From NCBI GenBank assembly GCA_023213395.1, contig CM041465.1, positions 97,161,741 through 97,225,740 of the forward strand: 64,000 bases of DNA. Direction: 5' to 3'. The position numbers were made by a program, and so were the translations under genes. The DNA is from Cycas panzhihuaensis (taxonomy: Eukaryota > Plantae > Cycadophyta). Within the stretch, counting starts at the first letter, position 1, and every line of letters starts with the position of its first letter. Shown here one piece after another: positions 50,942 to 64,000 of the stretch. The notes under the pieces are model-generated. The model saw nothing but the letters and a program-made list of their open reading frames with translations, had not been told where the DNA came from and did not search any database.

Positions 50942-52187
50942 ACCTGACAGTACGATTAATTAGACATATCAAGTAATAATAGTTATGAGCCGACAAAAGT
51001 TTGTAATTGGCATTATGATTAATGGCGTGGTGAGATTTTCAAAGATACAATTAACGTTAATCAGACAAAGGGTGATCATGCATAGTTGTGGTTGGACAAC
51101 AACAATTGAGATCAAAGCTATGATTTGGTTGCAACAAAGGCATGGATGTGACAACCTATACTACAAATGATGATCGTTGCGCAAGGAGAATAAGTTAACT
51201 AATGGCTCTATTAAAAGGAACTAGCAGTGACAAAAGGTAGCAAATTAGGACCAATAAAAGCAAGCATCTAAAGTTTGTGATAGAATTAATCAACATAGTA
51301 TTGGTAGAATAGAAAACATCCCAAAGTTGAACATTGTATTTTGAGACATAGACGATGAAATAATTTGGGCGGAGTGGGCTACTATGCTACCAACGAATGA
51401 TCACAAGACAAATTTGGCAAACACAGGGTTTGCCTAGTATATACCAGTAGGACTATTTTTGATTGCGTTTAATTTCTTGACTACAATGGTTAGTCTAACT
51501 GCAGAATAGCTCAAGTTAGTCAATATGTCTTTAAAGGTAATAACTCAAATTATGGGACTACCAGATACCTGACAGTACGATTAATTAGACATATCAAGTA
51601 ATAATAGTTATGAGCTGACAAAAGGTTGTAATTGGCATTATGATTAATGGCATGGTGAGATTTTCAAAGATACAATTAACGTTAATCGGACAAAGGGTGA
51701 TCATGCATAGTTGTGGTTGGACAACAACAATTGAGATCAAAGCTATGATTTGGTTGTAACAAAGGCATGGATGTGACAACCTATACTACAAATGATGATA
51801 GTTGCGTAAGGAGAATAAGTTAACTAATGGCTCTATTGAAAGGAACTAGCAGTGACAAAAGGTAGCAAATTAGGACTAGTAAAAGCAAGCATCTAAAGTT
51901 TGTGATAGAATTAATCAACATAGTATTGGTAGAATAGAAAACATCCCAGAGTTGAACATTGTATTTCAAGACATAGACGATGAAAGAATTTGGGCGGAGT
52001 GGGCTACTATGCTACCAACGAATGATCACAAGACAAATTTGGCAAACACAGGGTTTGTCTAGTATATACAAGTAGGACTATTTTCGATTGCGTTTAATTT
52101 CGTTCAATGGTTAGTCTAACTGTACAATAGCTCAAGTTAGTCAATATATCTTTAAAGGCAATAACTCAAACGATGGGACTACTAGAT
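50942..52187. repeat. 625-bp direct tandem duplication (50942-51566 / 51567-52187), ~95% identical
   Basis: Direct alignment; duplicated ORFs 50969-51154 and 51594-51779 in the track. Confidence 0.96.
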
Positions 52188-53630
52188 ACTGGTGAAGATG
52201 TACCCAAGGTCAAACAGATTACTTATGAGAAAGTAACACAACAGTTTGGAGCCCAGGAGTCGAGCATTTCAACTTCATGAATTCACATTGCAGATATTGA
52301 ATTAGAACAACTATGATAGGTTGCCCATTTTCTCTTCACTTTGGTAATTTTAAGTCAAAAAAATCTGTGCCAATTGAGATGTGTTCAATGCTTCTAAGGG
52401 TAACATAAGGAGAAAACTTTAGGTGGGCTTCCTTTGTGTCTGTGAAACTTCTTGAAAAATTGAATAATATTTAAATTAGCACATAATCCACAGTGTTTTA
52501 CTATCAAATTCTCTTTCAAGAGTTGTTATGTTCTTAGTGTTTGGCCCTTGATTTACCTCAACCAAAATAGGGACAACCTGCCCTAGTCAATTGGACAATA
52601 TATTTTAAAAAACAAATGCGGGACAGAGAATGGTTAACCCAAGTCTAGGAGTAAGTGGAGAACTAGATCTTGCAGAGAAAGTAATCAAGCAGTCCCTAAC
52701 CTTCTTTGAAAGAAAAATGAGGAAAGAAAATGCAACGAGAATAGGCATCTTCGCCAGCTAAAGTGCAGAAGCAGAAAAGAAAAGAGGAAAAACAGAAGGA
52801 GACATGCAAAGATGTGGAAAAGAAAGACGAAAAGAAAAGGGAGAAAATTTAAAAAGGGAAGCAAAAGGAAGGAGATGGCAGGGTACTCATCAAGGAAGAG
52901 ATTATGGATGAAGAATCTCAGCAAGAACCACAATCAACTAAGGTCTTGAACATTGAGGAAGAAAAGAAAAGGAAGAGGAAGCTAGCAACAGAAAGAAGGA
53001 AAGAAGAAATAATAAAAATTCTAAATAGTCAACCTACTAAAATTGATTTTAATCCTAATGAAGACTTTTTGGAGGAAGAAATAGACCCTATAGAATGTAA
53101 GACACATAATATGGCACATCAGAAAAATTCTTTCTTAGCAAAGGTTATTTAACAATTAGTCATTGAATTGGAAATGCAAAATAAGCGTCCACTGCTTGAT
53201 ATGCTGCAAGTACAAAAGACAGAAGATCAGTTGGTAACTTCTAAAGAAAAATTAAAGTTCTTGATAAAATTCATTATGCACTCAGTGGATGATGTTTCAA
53301 GGGTAGAACATCAAGTAATTTTTTTTCAAAATTAATTTAATAAACAAATTCCACCAAGGCTAGAAAGGGTATTTTTTAAGCTAGGGGGTTGGATCTTGCA
53401 AACATAACATGATGTCGCATATGTTAATAAATATTAGACTATGATTATATCATTATGCAAGCAATTGGCCTTTGCTCGACTATTGAACAATGGATTAAAG
53501 GAGGAAATTGAAGAATTGCATTCAAGAGAAAAAACTTCTATGGCCTAATTGAAATCATTACAAGATATAAGAATTTTGTGTGACCATAATAGGAGTCATG
53601 GCATTTCTCTACCTAGTACTATGCAATGAC
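51825..53630 (+). pseudogene. Degenerate extra (post-pol) ORF of the Athila-like element with a charged coiled-coil C-terminal part
   Basis: Sense-strand coding-like remnant (ITQTMGLLDTGEDVP...FRWASFV...KLLEKL) followed by an E/K/R-rich region (ORF 52904-53152). Confidence 0.5.
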
Positions 53631-53878
53631 CTAATTCATAGATTGTTCAACAAGAAATAATAAAAATTCAACGACAACTGTAGTGCATAGTTGAGTTTCA
53701 AAAATTTAAGGGGGGTGAGGAAGGGAATTTTGAAAATTTCTATGAGTGAGGGCACTTGTGGGAATAGTGATGGGGAGATGTGTGTTCAAAAATCATGTCA
53801 GTTGCAACCTGAATCAAAGGCCACGAGAAGATAGGACTAAAGAGGGAAGTCAGTTGTGACCAATTGGTTACAAGGTCG

Positions 53879-56800
53879 GGCATTACTTTCTTAGGTTTGT
53901 TGCCAGTATGTTGCACTAGTTGTTTAGAAATGGTTTTACTTTGGAGACAACAGTGTCTAGTTTCCAAAATATAGTTTGAGGGAACAGTTAGGAGTTGCTC
54001 TTTAATGAGGATTAGGAAAGTGATCTATAGGACAATAGACTTTCCAAGGAGATTTTTGAGGCATGACACATAGAAGACGTTATGGATCATGGTATCAAAA
54101 GGGAGTTCAAGGGTATAAGTGATTTCACCAATGCGTTGGTCAACCTTATAGGGACCATAGTATCAGGATTAAGTTTATGGTTCTTGTAATAGCAGAGTGA
54201 CTGTTGCTTATAAGGTTGGAGGTGAACAAAAACCATATCATCAATAGAAAATTATTAATTAGAGCGATTGCGGTCACTAAGTTGCTTCATATAATTTTGA
54301 GCCATTACCAGGTTTATTTAAGGGTATTTAGGATTTTATCCATGTCTTGCAATTTCTATTGTACTGAGGTGGTATGCAAGTTAGTGGATAATGTATGATG
54401 GGAAGGTGGGGGGTAACCATATAGGGCTATGAAGGGGGGTATGCCAATTGTAAAGTGGTGTGATGAGTTATACTAGTATTCTACTAGAGCTAACTAGGAG
54501 GTCCATCGATTTTGGTGTTCTGAGGAAAAATAAGGAGATATGTCTCTAAGGTTCTATTGAGAACCCCAAATTGACCATTTGTTTGGGGATGATAAGAGGG
54601 ACTCATGTTGAAAGAGGTTTCAACTGCATGGAAGAGTTCTTTCCAAAAAGAATATGTGAATTTAGGGTCCCAATTTGAAACTATGGTGGATGGAAATTTG
54701 TGGAGGCAAAAAATGAATTGGATGTAAAGGTTAGTCAGGTGGGGGCTTGGTAGGTTGTGTGAGCTAGATGAAAGTATGTACAATTTGTTAGTCAATTGAT
54801 GACTACCCCAATGGATTCATTTCCAACAGATGATGGAAGGCCTATGATGAAATCCATGATAATATCTTGCAATTTGCCTTAGGGAATTTGAAGGGGTTAC
54901 AGAAGTCCAAATTGAGCCTTTGTATCTACTTTATTGCATTGGAAGATGTTACATTCTATTATGAAGATCAGTATGGATGATTTTATTTGAGGCCAATAGA
55001 AGTCAGATTAGATGCATCAATAGGTTTTATGAAAACTTGAGTGACCTCCTAAAGGGTTTGTGTGGTACTTGGTCAAGATATGAAGAATAAACAGAGATGA
55101 TGGATGGACAAAAATTCAAATTTTTTAGAGAAGATAGGTGTTGTGCAAGGTCCAATCTTTCTGATGTTGAAATTTTGAGGATTACTTAGCAAAATTTGGT
55201 TGGAATTGGTTATCTTCTATTAATTTTTGTAGCCATGTAGGTTAAAGATAGAGATGGCTTATATTATTAGGCTCTAATAGTTCCAAAGATAGGTGGAAAA
55301 GAGCATCAACTACGATGTTTCTTTGCTTTTTTTGTAAGACATGGTGAAGTCGAACACTTGTAGGTGATCAACCCTCTTTGCTTGTTTTTTAAAAATGACT
55401 GGATGATCGAGGAGGTAGTAGAGACTATGTAATCAATTAAGATAGTGAATTTGGATCCGAGTAACTATTGACGCTATTTATCAATTGCATGGAGGATGGC
55501 CTTCATCTCTTTTTGGTAAGTTGAAAGTCAACATTCATGATCTTTAAGTTTTTGACTTTCGAAAGCAATTGGATGGAAATTCTGCATAAGAACAATTCTT
55601 AAGCCTACTCTTAAGGCATCACATTCAAGCTAGAATGGTTGTGAAAAATATGGGCTGGTTAATACTAAGGTGATGGACATGAGTAATTTTAGATGGTTGA
55701 ATATATCCTCGACATTAGAGGACCATTGAAAGGAGTCCTTATGAAATAACTTAGTTAGGGGGGTAGTAATGGAAGCACAATTTTTCTCGAATCGATGATA
55801 GAAGCCTGTGAGTCCAAGAAAGGCTCATAATTGAGTGATATTCTTTGGGGTGGGCCATATGGTAATAACTGAAATTTTATTAGCATCTACTTGGAGTTTT
55901 TCAACCAAGATGATATGGCCCAATTACTAGAGTTCAATCTTCCCAAACTCACACTTACTCATTTTTGTATAGAGTTTGTGTTGGGAAAAAATCTAAAAGG
56001 CAATTTCCAAATGTTACAAATGATCAAATATATAGGAACTATAGATATCATCGAAGAAGACAATGATAGACTTACAAAGGTAGTGGCTAAAAATCTTGTT
56101 CATTAGACTTTGAAATATGTTTGAGGCATTATACAATCCAAATGGCATAACCTGAAATTCAAAAGGTCCATGGTGTGTTCAAAAGGTAGTTTTTTGATGA
56201 TTTTTTAGGGTAATAGAGATTTGATAATACCCCAATTATAGGTCGAATTTGAAAAAAATGATTGCCCCACAAATTTTATCCAACATATCATCAATTCGAA
56301 GAGTGGAGAATTTTTTTAATAGTTAGTTTGTTAAGATCCTAATAATCAATGTAGAGTCAAAATGAACTATCTTTTTTCTTAACAAGCATAATGGAGATTG
56401 TATAAGTGCTTTTATTAGGTTGTATTATCCTAATGTCCAAGGGTTTTGTTGTGATCCATTTGATTTCATTTTTTTGAAAGTAGGAGTTGCAATAATGTCA
56501 TAGGCTAATTGGGTTGTGAGGATTTTGATGTTTAATTGTATGGTGGAAGCCTTGGTCTTGGAGGGGAGGGGGCAATGTTGGGAAGTGGGTCAAAACAGAT
56601 TGATACTTAGTGAGGATGGTTTGGATATCAAGGTGAATGTCAACTTGAGGCTAAATATTATTGAGACGGGCTATGTATCAGATGCTACTATTCAATTGTT
56701 TGTTTATTTGCTCTGGGAATAAGAGTTTATTGGGATGTAGTTAAAGCCCATATAGTTTGTGTGTTTGTCCAAAGTGGTCTTTGAATAGAATGAATGGGTT

Positions 56801-59238
56801 AGTAGGAGAATTATTAGTGTTGTAAATGCTGAGGGTTTGGAGCCATTGAACTCCTAGGATGGCATTTGATTCTCCTATAAAAGGACATAAAAATCATAAT
56901 CCAATTGGTATGTACCAATTTAGATGTGGAGGATTTTAATGAGATTTGCACAGTGGAATTTGTGGTATTCCAGTAGAGAATAGGTGAAACTAGTTTTTGG
57001 TACTATGTATAAGTTAAGTTGTCTGGTGCGGAAGATATCGATGAAGTTAAGTGATGTATTGCCATTGATCAGGATGGTGATAGGAGTCTTCTTCAAGGTG
57101 CCTTTTGACTTGGAGGGGTTTGGGGCAGGAGGTAGAGAAGATGATTAAGGAGATAGTAGAAAAGAAAACTTCAGGTTTTGGCTTGAGGTCAATGGGGGGT
57201 TTTCTGGATGGGTCTTCCTTAGGTTCATTATTTATATCAAAGTCTTTATTAACTGATATAGTATGATCACTGGTACATACCATATATTTTGCTTTACAAA
57301 CCCTATTATGTCCAATAGTCCATCTTTTTGCATATTGGATGCAAAGACCTATTTACTAGCATCTATTAGCCTCGACAAAGGTTACCCACTCAGATCCTAT
57401 GGATTGTTCTATTGTTGGTCATTCTACTATGGGATGTTCTGCTATATGATGACCCTCCCAATGATCCTCTCATCGAGATTGTGGCCATTGTGCATCTGTT
57501 GGTCGAGAGTGATGGTATCATAGTGTGTCTTGTCAAGAGGTGAATGTGCGTTCTACTATGAATTCTTCAATTGCTTTGGCCATGGTTATGGCCCATCTCA
57601 AAGTATTCAATAAGAATGTTTTTAAACACATTTAGATGCATTCTTTGAGTGTAGTCACATAGATTTTGACCAAGGTTGCTTGATCTAGCTATATATTAAT
57701 CATATTTTGGAGAGCTTGGAACTTTATATAGCCTACTGATCATAAAAGTACAATGAATACATCTAGTATACTAAAACAAGTGTGAAAATCTCATCAAGAT
57801 GTGGCAGGTGGGTTTTAAGTGAAATTTTTAGGTGATGGGGCCTACGGGGTGTCTATATGTCATTATACTCCAAACTTTTTGAATTAAAACTACTTTAGTG
57901 GAAAATGATCAGTACGACGTGTTGATCGAAATAAGATATATAAGTCACTAAGGGTGTTTTTGGGCCATGGACTTTTTTTTTTTTAAAAACAATACCTTGA
58001 GTCTAATTATGCCAACTATTTTTGAATCTAGGAAGTATTTTGAAAATTAGAATTCCTTGTAGAGTAGAAGATGACTTTTTTTTGGTTTTTTATTCTAACT
58101 ATTGGTGGCTATTTTTTTTTCATGGACTAAAAGTGTTGTTGATATATAGTTGCTTATAAGGCCATGTTTAGCAGGATGTAAGTAGTAACAAGGTATTTTA
58201 CTAACCACTAGACAAGGTATGCTTGTTCTTGTAGGCTTGTTAATAAACTTCTTATGCAGAGATTTGGGACATGTAGCTTCGTGGCGTTAATCACTAACCC
58301 CTACAATACATGACTTCAACAACTTGTAGATTGTTTATACTAGGAAGGACTCGAGACCTAGAGGGGTCCTTTTATATACTCAAAGGTACATGGAGGTGTA
58401 ATTCCATAGCTAGGTTCTATATAGGACTTGGCTCATGAGTGTATATTGGTTCAAGAATGTAATCTCCAGTCCTTTATGTAAGGGGTGAAAAAGTCATAAT
58501 GTGCTTAACTAAAATAATAGATCATTGTGATTTTTATAGACCCCTGGTACACAGTCTCTATTTAACTACTTTGAGTAGTCATCACACAGAGCTATCTACC
58601 CTTGGATTGACAATACAAGTATTGTTATTGAAATAAAATTACAATGAACTAAATTAAATTCAAAGGAAAGGTGTTGAGCATTACTAGGGGGGGTCAAATT
58701 CCTTTTCTTCGTAGCTCCTCAATATCATTAATTATATTCCTCAATCTCCTTGTGGAGATAGTATTGAGAGGTGGTCTTTTCTCGATCTTTACTTATATAG
58801 AGAGAGTACTCAATCTGGCTGGAAAAAAATAATTTTCTGATTTTTGCCTATTGTACAACTCCTCTTAATCATGTAATTGAGCATTGATACCACTTGATAT
58901 GGTTCCTCTTGATATTTCTTCATACATGAATTTAAAATAGAAAATAGAACATAGAAAAAGAGTATAAATAAACACTAAAATGAACACCAAAAGATCATAT
59001 TGAAGGGTGACAATAATTTCATATTTCAAATTAATCTTCTTTTACATCCATAAGGCCTTCAATAGGCAAATTGGTTGTTTAGAAAATGAATATTATTGGA
59101 GAGGCATTCAACTTTTATTTTCATTGGTAGCCCCAAGTAACTCATGTATACATTTTAGTAGTCAATACCAACATCTACTTCTTACTAATAAAGAGTACAT
59201 TCACAAGAGTTCTACCAACCACTAGTAACTATGTAACA
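53879..59238 (-). mobile_element. Second, more decayed chromovirus (same type as 33915-45684); 3' LTR lost
   Basis: INT ORF 54490-54795 (DPKFT..FW..YHPQTNGQ), RH, RT and PR remnants; leader similar to 44300-45200; PBS TGGTATCAATGC 58881-58892; LTR 58895-59238 ending TATGTAACA like the first chromovirus. Confidence 0.85.
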
Positions 59239-59499
59239 TTGGCCATCCTTGGTGGGTTTATTGATCTTATATCTTTGGCCCAACACACCACAATAACCCA
59301 ACTAGGAGTAACAAGCTAACTACGTCCAACTAGAGTCAAACATGAGCAGAGTCACGCAAGATAAAGATAACTCAAATATTATTATGGGCAAAGACAAAAT
59401 TGTTAACAGAAGAATATTTCAGGTTTTTTAATTTTTCTCTTTCCTCAAAATTATTGATTTTTTAAATATGTCAGAATATGGTTTTACGAAATTTGTCCA

Positions 59500-61240
59500 A
59501 ACAATTATCTATTTTTTTGGGATCTATGCAAAAATATCTAGAAGAAGATATAGATATGCTATTTGAAATTGAAGGATGCCAGATTAAATAGTGAATATTA
59601 GACTCCCCAGTCTTACATAAATGCTTGGAAGTTAAAGATTAGAATATTCCATTAAGAGCAAATCTAGCAAGTGTAGGAGTAGTTCAAGTTGCCATATTTC
59701 CAGTCTCTAAAGATTTTGAAATAACTCTAGAAAGTATTAGATGGCTATAATCCTATCAATTGCATATTGATAATTAACAAAAAAAATTATAGGTATGAAA
59801 TCTGAAGATGTGGCAAAATTAACAAGGCTTCTAGCCCAAGGTTAAGAGGTGAAAAAATTAGGGAATTTAACTACCTTAATGAAAGACTAGGTTATTCAGA
59901 CGATATGAAAAAAAGAGTTTTATATGAAACATGAGGGATGAGGCATTCTACTCACCCATCTCAAAACTACGAATGTGATAGTAGTAACAACTCTCATGTG
60001 TACTAGGCTTCTGGGTCAACAACATTATAATACATTGTCTTGGTAGATAACATAATACCTCTAGAGGCTTATGAAAGGAGTAGTCTACAATTGGTCATTC
60101 TTCATTTTAGAAAAACTCAAGACATCACTGTATAAACTAATTACAGGAGAACAATCAAGTTTGAATTTTACACTTTACCTATTGGGACTCTATTATGAGA
60201 AATTTCACTTGCTAGGATTAGTAAAGTGCCCAATAATACTATCTCTATTTTCCTTTCATAAAGGCTATTCAATTCCTAAGAAAATCTATCCAAAGGTTAA
60301 AAAAAAAGGTGAAATAGAAAGAACAAGGAAAAGGAAGGTTGTCACAATATGAGAAATAGATGAATCCTTTGAAGTCTTTGATGATTCTTATGAAGACTAC
60401 TTTGTAGACTACTAAGATATTAACTCTAGCGAAGATAATGATGAATTAGAAATAAGAAGTGAGACTATAGCAATCTCCATTGATAAAGTCTTATAGGGTC
60501 CAACTTTAGACTTGAACATTCTAACGTCTCTCACCATGCATAACGAATTAGCAAGATGTGAACTATTCAAAGTATTAGTAGTAGGTAAGAAGATAGATGA
60601 TTCTCCATCCAAACAAGGGAAGTAGTAGGAATTAACTACAACTTCCATTGATATGAAGATCATTAAAGAACAAATAGCCCACATGATGAGTCTTTTAGAT
60701 CAATATCACGTGATGGTAAAAGCCCAAGGATTATTATTCTTTGAAGTATGAAGATCATTAAAGAACAAGCAGCCCATATGATGAGTCTATTAGATCAATA
60801 TCACATGATGGAAAAAGCCCAAGGATTATTATTCTTTGAAGTTGGTTAAAAATCATTATCATAAAGAGGATAGTTATGGTTAGTTATGAAAGGATATATA
60901 AGAGGCAAGGGAAGTACTACAGGAAAAAGGAGGAGGAATTTGCTTAGTTAACAAAGATAAACTGAGAAATATACAATCAAGAGGGACCTCATATCCAATA
61001 AATTAGTACATTAAAGGAAAAATCTACATTTGAGTGAAAAATAGGTCAAAAATTTATCCACAGAACTCCAAGAGAAAAAAAGACATTTCAAGAGGGTGAT
61101 GTAATGCATTAAGATAGTCAGTCAGGAGAAACGCAAATGGCAACAAAAAGTAGGATTGGACCTATTACATTTAAAAGAACCCTCAGTTCTAAATCCAAAC
61201 TTGCCTTTTGAGCAAGATACTCAAAACTGAAAAGGGGGAA
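59500..61240 (+). pseudogene. Decayed extra-ORF remnant of another gypsy 3' region, followed by a G-rich PPT-like tract and a probable LTR start at ~61410
   Basis: ORF 60071-60352 (YNWSFFILEKLKTSL) then a charged coiled-coil-like region; same layout as 51825-53630. Confidence 0.4.
60652..60841. repeat. 95-bp direct tandem duplication
   Basis: TATGAAGATCATTAAAGAACAA... at 60652 and 60747, ~6 mismatches. Confidence 0.93.
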
Positions 61241-62133
61241 ATAGATGTTGGGTATATTTTGTTATAATTATCGAATATTATGTTAACAAAAGTATTAGTT
61301 GAGTCAAGTAGTAGGAAGTCATTACAAGGTGATGTTTTTAAGGATGTATATATATATGTGTGTAGCAAAAGTAAATGGGGGGGGGGGAGCAGAGGATGGG
61401 GGGCATACAATGTTATACATCCTAACACTAGTGAGCAGTATAAAACTAGGGTGGGATGATCATATCTTATTCCATTGTACATGGTCTTAATGATGTAATC
61501 AATTTTGATATAATATTGAATACTATTTTTGCGTATATTCTATAAATCACTTTGGTGTGGAATATTGTGCATAAGATACTATTGTGTTGATGCTATCATG
61601 TTAAAGATATTATTGTCTCTTTCTTCTTAGGACAATCCATGTATGATAAAATAATAGTGGATATCGTATGACCTTTTTCCCTCTTTTTTCTTGAATTATT
61701 ACTATTTTTGACATTTCATAAGACCAAGGAAAGATGTCTTCATATTAATTAAGCAACCTAATATACTACCTCAATACATTAATTACTCAATTTGACCAAT
61801 GTGATTTGTTTGGTCCATGGAGTTATAATATCAAAGTTTGTATTGAATTGTTTAACAAAATCCATAACATCTCTAATATATATATGAGAAATTAGTCTAA
61901 GGTTTCATATAACAGTGCATCAATTGATTCATCGTTATGAAATTCTATCCACTGAATTGATATGAACTTTTTTTAATGGTAATATAATTCCTCTCATTAG
62001 AGAGTGCTATGCATACCCATAGCATTCTCTCCTAGGCCCCTAATCACATTAAAGGATATCAAAAAGTTTTCTCTAGTATATTTTTGAGAATAGTGATATT
62101 GAAATTAGAATAAGGTTGAGATATACTATAAGG

Positions 62134-64000
62134 TGTTAGAAGTAATGTTTTATCTAGGATTTTCCTAGCATACTTTGTAAAGAATAAAGTGTATTGAAAC
62201 AATATTAAGAAGGTCATGTATCACTTCCCCTTTTTCTCTCAAAAAGACAAGTGGCAAGATCGTATTAAGTAGTTGCTATTTGTCCTAAACAAAATGTAAT
62301 GTATTTTCAGATTCATTTTTTATTAATGAAGCATTGAAAGTTCTTTCTACATGGTATCAAAGCAGGCTATGATCATTTAGTCAAAAATTAATCTTTTATC
62401 TAAATTTGGACAAGTAGTTTATTAAGGTTTTGAGAAAATTTGACGAAAGTAAGTATGGATAATCAAATGATTCAAGGAGAATAATCAAACTGAAACTTAA
62501 GTCATCCTAGAAGATAATTTTCATCAAAGTATCAGTGTACAAACTTTGTGCAGGTGTTATACAAACCCTATATTAATGAAAAAAAAATCAAAGTGCTTAG
62601 ATTACTCCCAAATTTCACCAGTAGGCTTGCCATTGTATGGATGTCACTTCTTCCCGAAGACATGAAGTGATTTGAAGATGTTTTGATAAGATTTTGACCC
62701 ATTTTCTAGGGCATGAGTTTAGGAAGAGATTTGCTCATTTCTTCTGTATGACTCAATTAATTTAGGTAATACCTATATTGGTTTGATCCTTTCTTCGATA
62801 CAAATATTTTGAGATCAATTTTAAAGGCAAATTTGAAGTATTTTTTTTGTTTGAAGCATTTTTTACTTTTAACCCTAGCCACCAATTTGAAATTCGACCT
62901 CAGTTTCTGAACAAACTATGCATCATCTAAGAAAAATAATTGTACATCTAGACTCCTCTTATTAAATACTTCAATTTGGACCCCTCTTTTGTTAAATCTA
63001 TATAATTGAAAAAAATGTATACTTTTTTATATGCCTACAATTGTACAGACCTGCAACTAAAATTTTCAAATATTTTTTTGTGTGCTTATCATTTAATCAT
63101 GGCCTCTTCTGCTATAGCATTTCATAAAGTCAATAAATTGACTAAAATGAATTTCAGTATTTAGAAAATAAAGATTGAGAATCCCTTATGAGTAAATCAT
63201 ACTTGGAAAATCACCACTGGTGATGAAAAATAACTCACAAACATAGTGGATTTACAATTGGGAAGAAAGGGATAACATTGTTGTATCTTTTCTCAAACTT
63301 TCAATCTTATTTTCTTTATTAACCTATGTAGATGGTGCTGAAAGTGCCTATGAAATTTGGAAAATAATGTCTTCCATCTTTAGTTAGGAAAATGAAGCCA
63401 TAATTGTTGCTCTTAGAGAAGAATTGTATAAGCTTAGAATGAGAGAGGGTTGGGAAGTCTTTAAATTCATAGCTAAATTGACTAATGTCAAAAATTCACT
63501 TCTTACAGCAATAAACAAAATAACTAATACTGAATTGATACATCTTGTGCTTAACAAGTTACCAAATTATTTGACAACATGGTTAATATATTAATAGGTG
63601 GAGGAAAAATAACTACCATGAACTTTGATGCTCTTACAGGTCACATGTTTAGCCAAGAACAAAGGAACTAGAGGTATGAAGAAGATGCTAAGATTGAAGA
63701 AGCATTTTTCATCAAACTTCACTTAGGAGGTCGAGAACAAGGTTAATATATTCCAAGAATGTGAGGTAAAACATCAACTGACAACAAAGGTTGTTGGACT
63801 GAAGGAAGAGGATGAGGAAGAGTTACTCCTCCACGTGATGCCAGGGTTTACTTCAAATGCTGTAAATGTAGTCATTTTTCAAGCAACTATAGGGCTTTTG
63901 ATGTTTGTTATCATAACAGACAAATTAGGCACTACCCATATCAATGCTATAAAAGGTGAGCAGAGATTTAAAAAGAAAAATAGATATTAAGCAACTACAA
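62134..64000 (+). mobile_element. 5' part of a decayed Ty1/copia element (copia-4), related to copia-3; runs off the right edge
   Basis: LTR 62134-62351 (start TGTTAGAAGTAATGTTTTATCTAG resembles copia-3), PBS TGGTATCAAAGC 62352-62363, shared leader motif AAAATCAAAGTGCTTAGA, gag from ~63099 with stops and twin zinc knuckles. Confidence 0.9.

Larger units (their letters stand above)
31108..53878 (+). mobile_element. Old non-chromovirus (Athila-like) Ty3/gypsy element hosting nested insertions; 3' LTR truncated
   Basis: 5' LTR 31108-31660; PBS TGGTTCCATTGCC 31662-31674; gag ~32320-33350; protease IVDGCSGVNV ~33814, resuming at 45690; RT 47090-47800; RH ~47980-48370; INT 48564-50340; 3' LTR fragment 53781-53878 (~78% to the 5' LTR) after a purine tract. 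Confidence 0.85.

Overview
Eukaryotic, almost certainly land-plant nuclear DNA; the very old, deeply nested LTR elements and a PPR rich in SS motifs suggest a gymnosperm, but that is inference. About 90% is nested, mostly decayed LTR retrotransposon surrounding one intact host gene, an intronless PLS-E-DYW PPR organellar C-to-U editing factor (26965-30051, +), with a hAT-type MITE behind it. Left of the gene is a minus-strand Tat-like Ty3/gypsy element with gag and protease but no visible RT or integrase. It carries an antisense plant-mobile-domain (PMD) gene head-to-head with a stand-alone RNase HI and is interrupted by two full-length Ty1/copia elements. One of these has an abnormal ~100-bp target duplication and a hairpin-packed LTR. 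Right of the gene is an old plus-strand Athila-like gypsy element (tRNA-Glu PBS). It contains a chromovirus that itself contains a young copia, plus a solo LTR, a 22-bp palindromic tandem array, a 625-bp tandem duplication and an extra ORF. A truncated second chromovirus, another extra-ORF remnant and the 5' part of a fourth copia follow. All identities and divergences are by-eye counts and therefore approximate.
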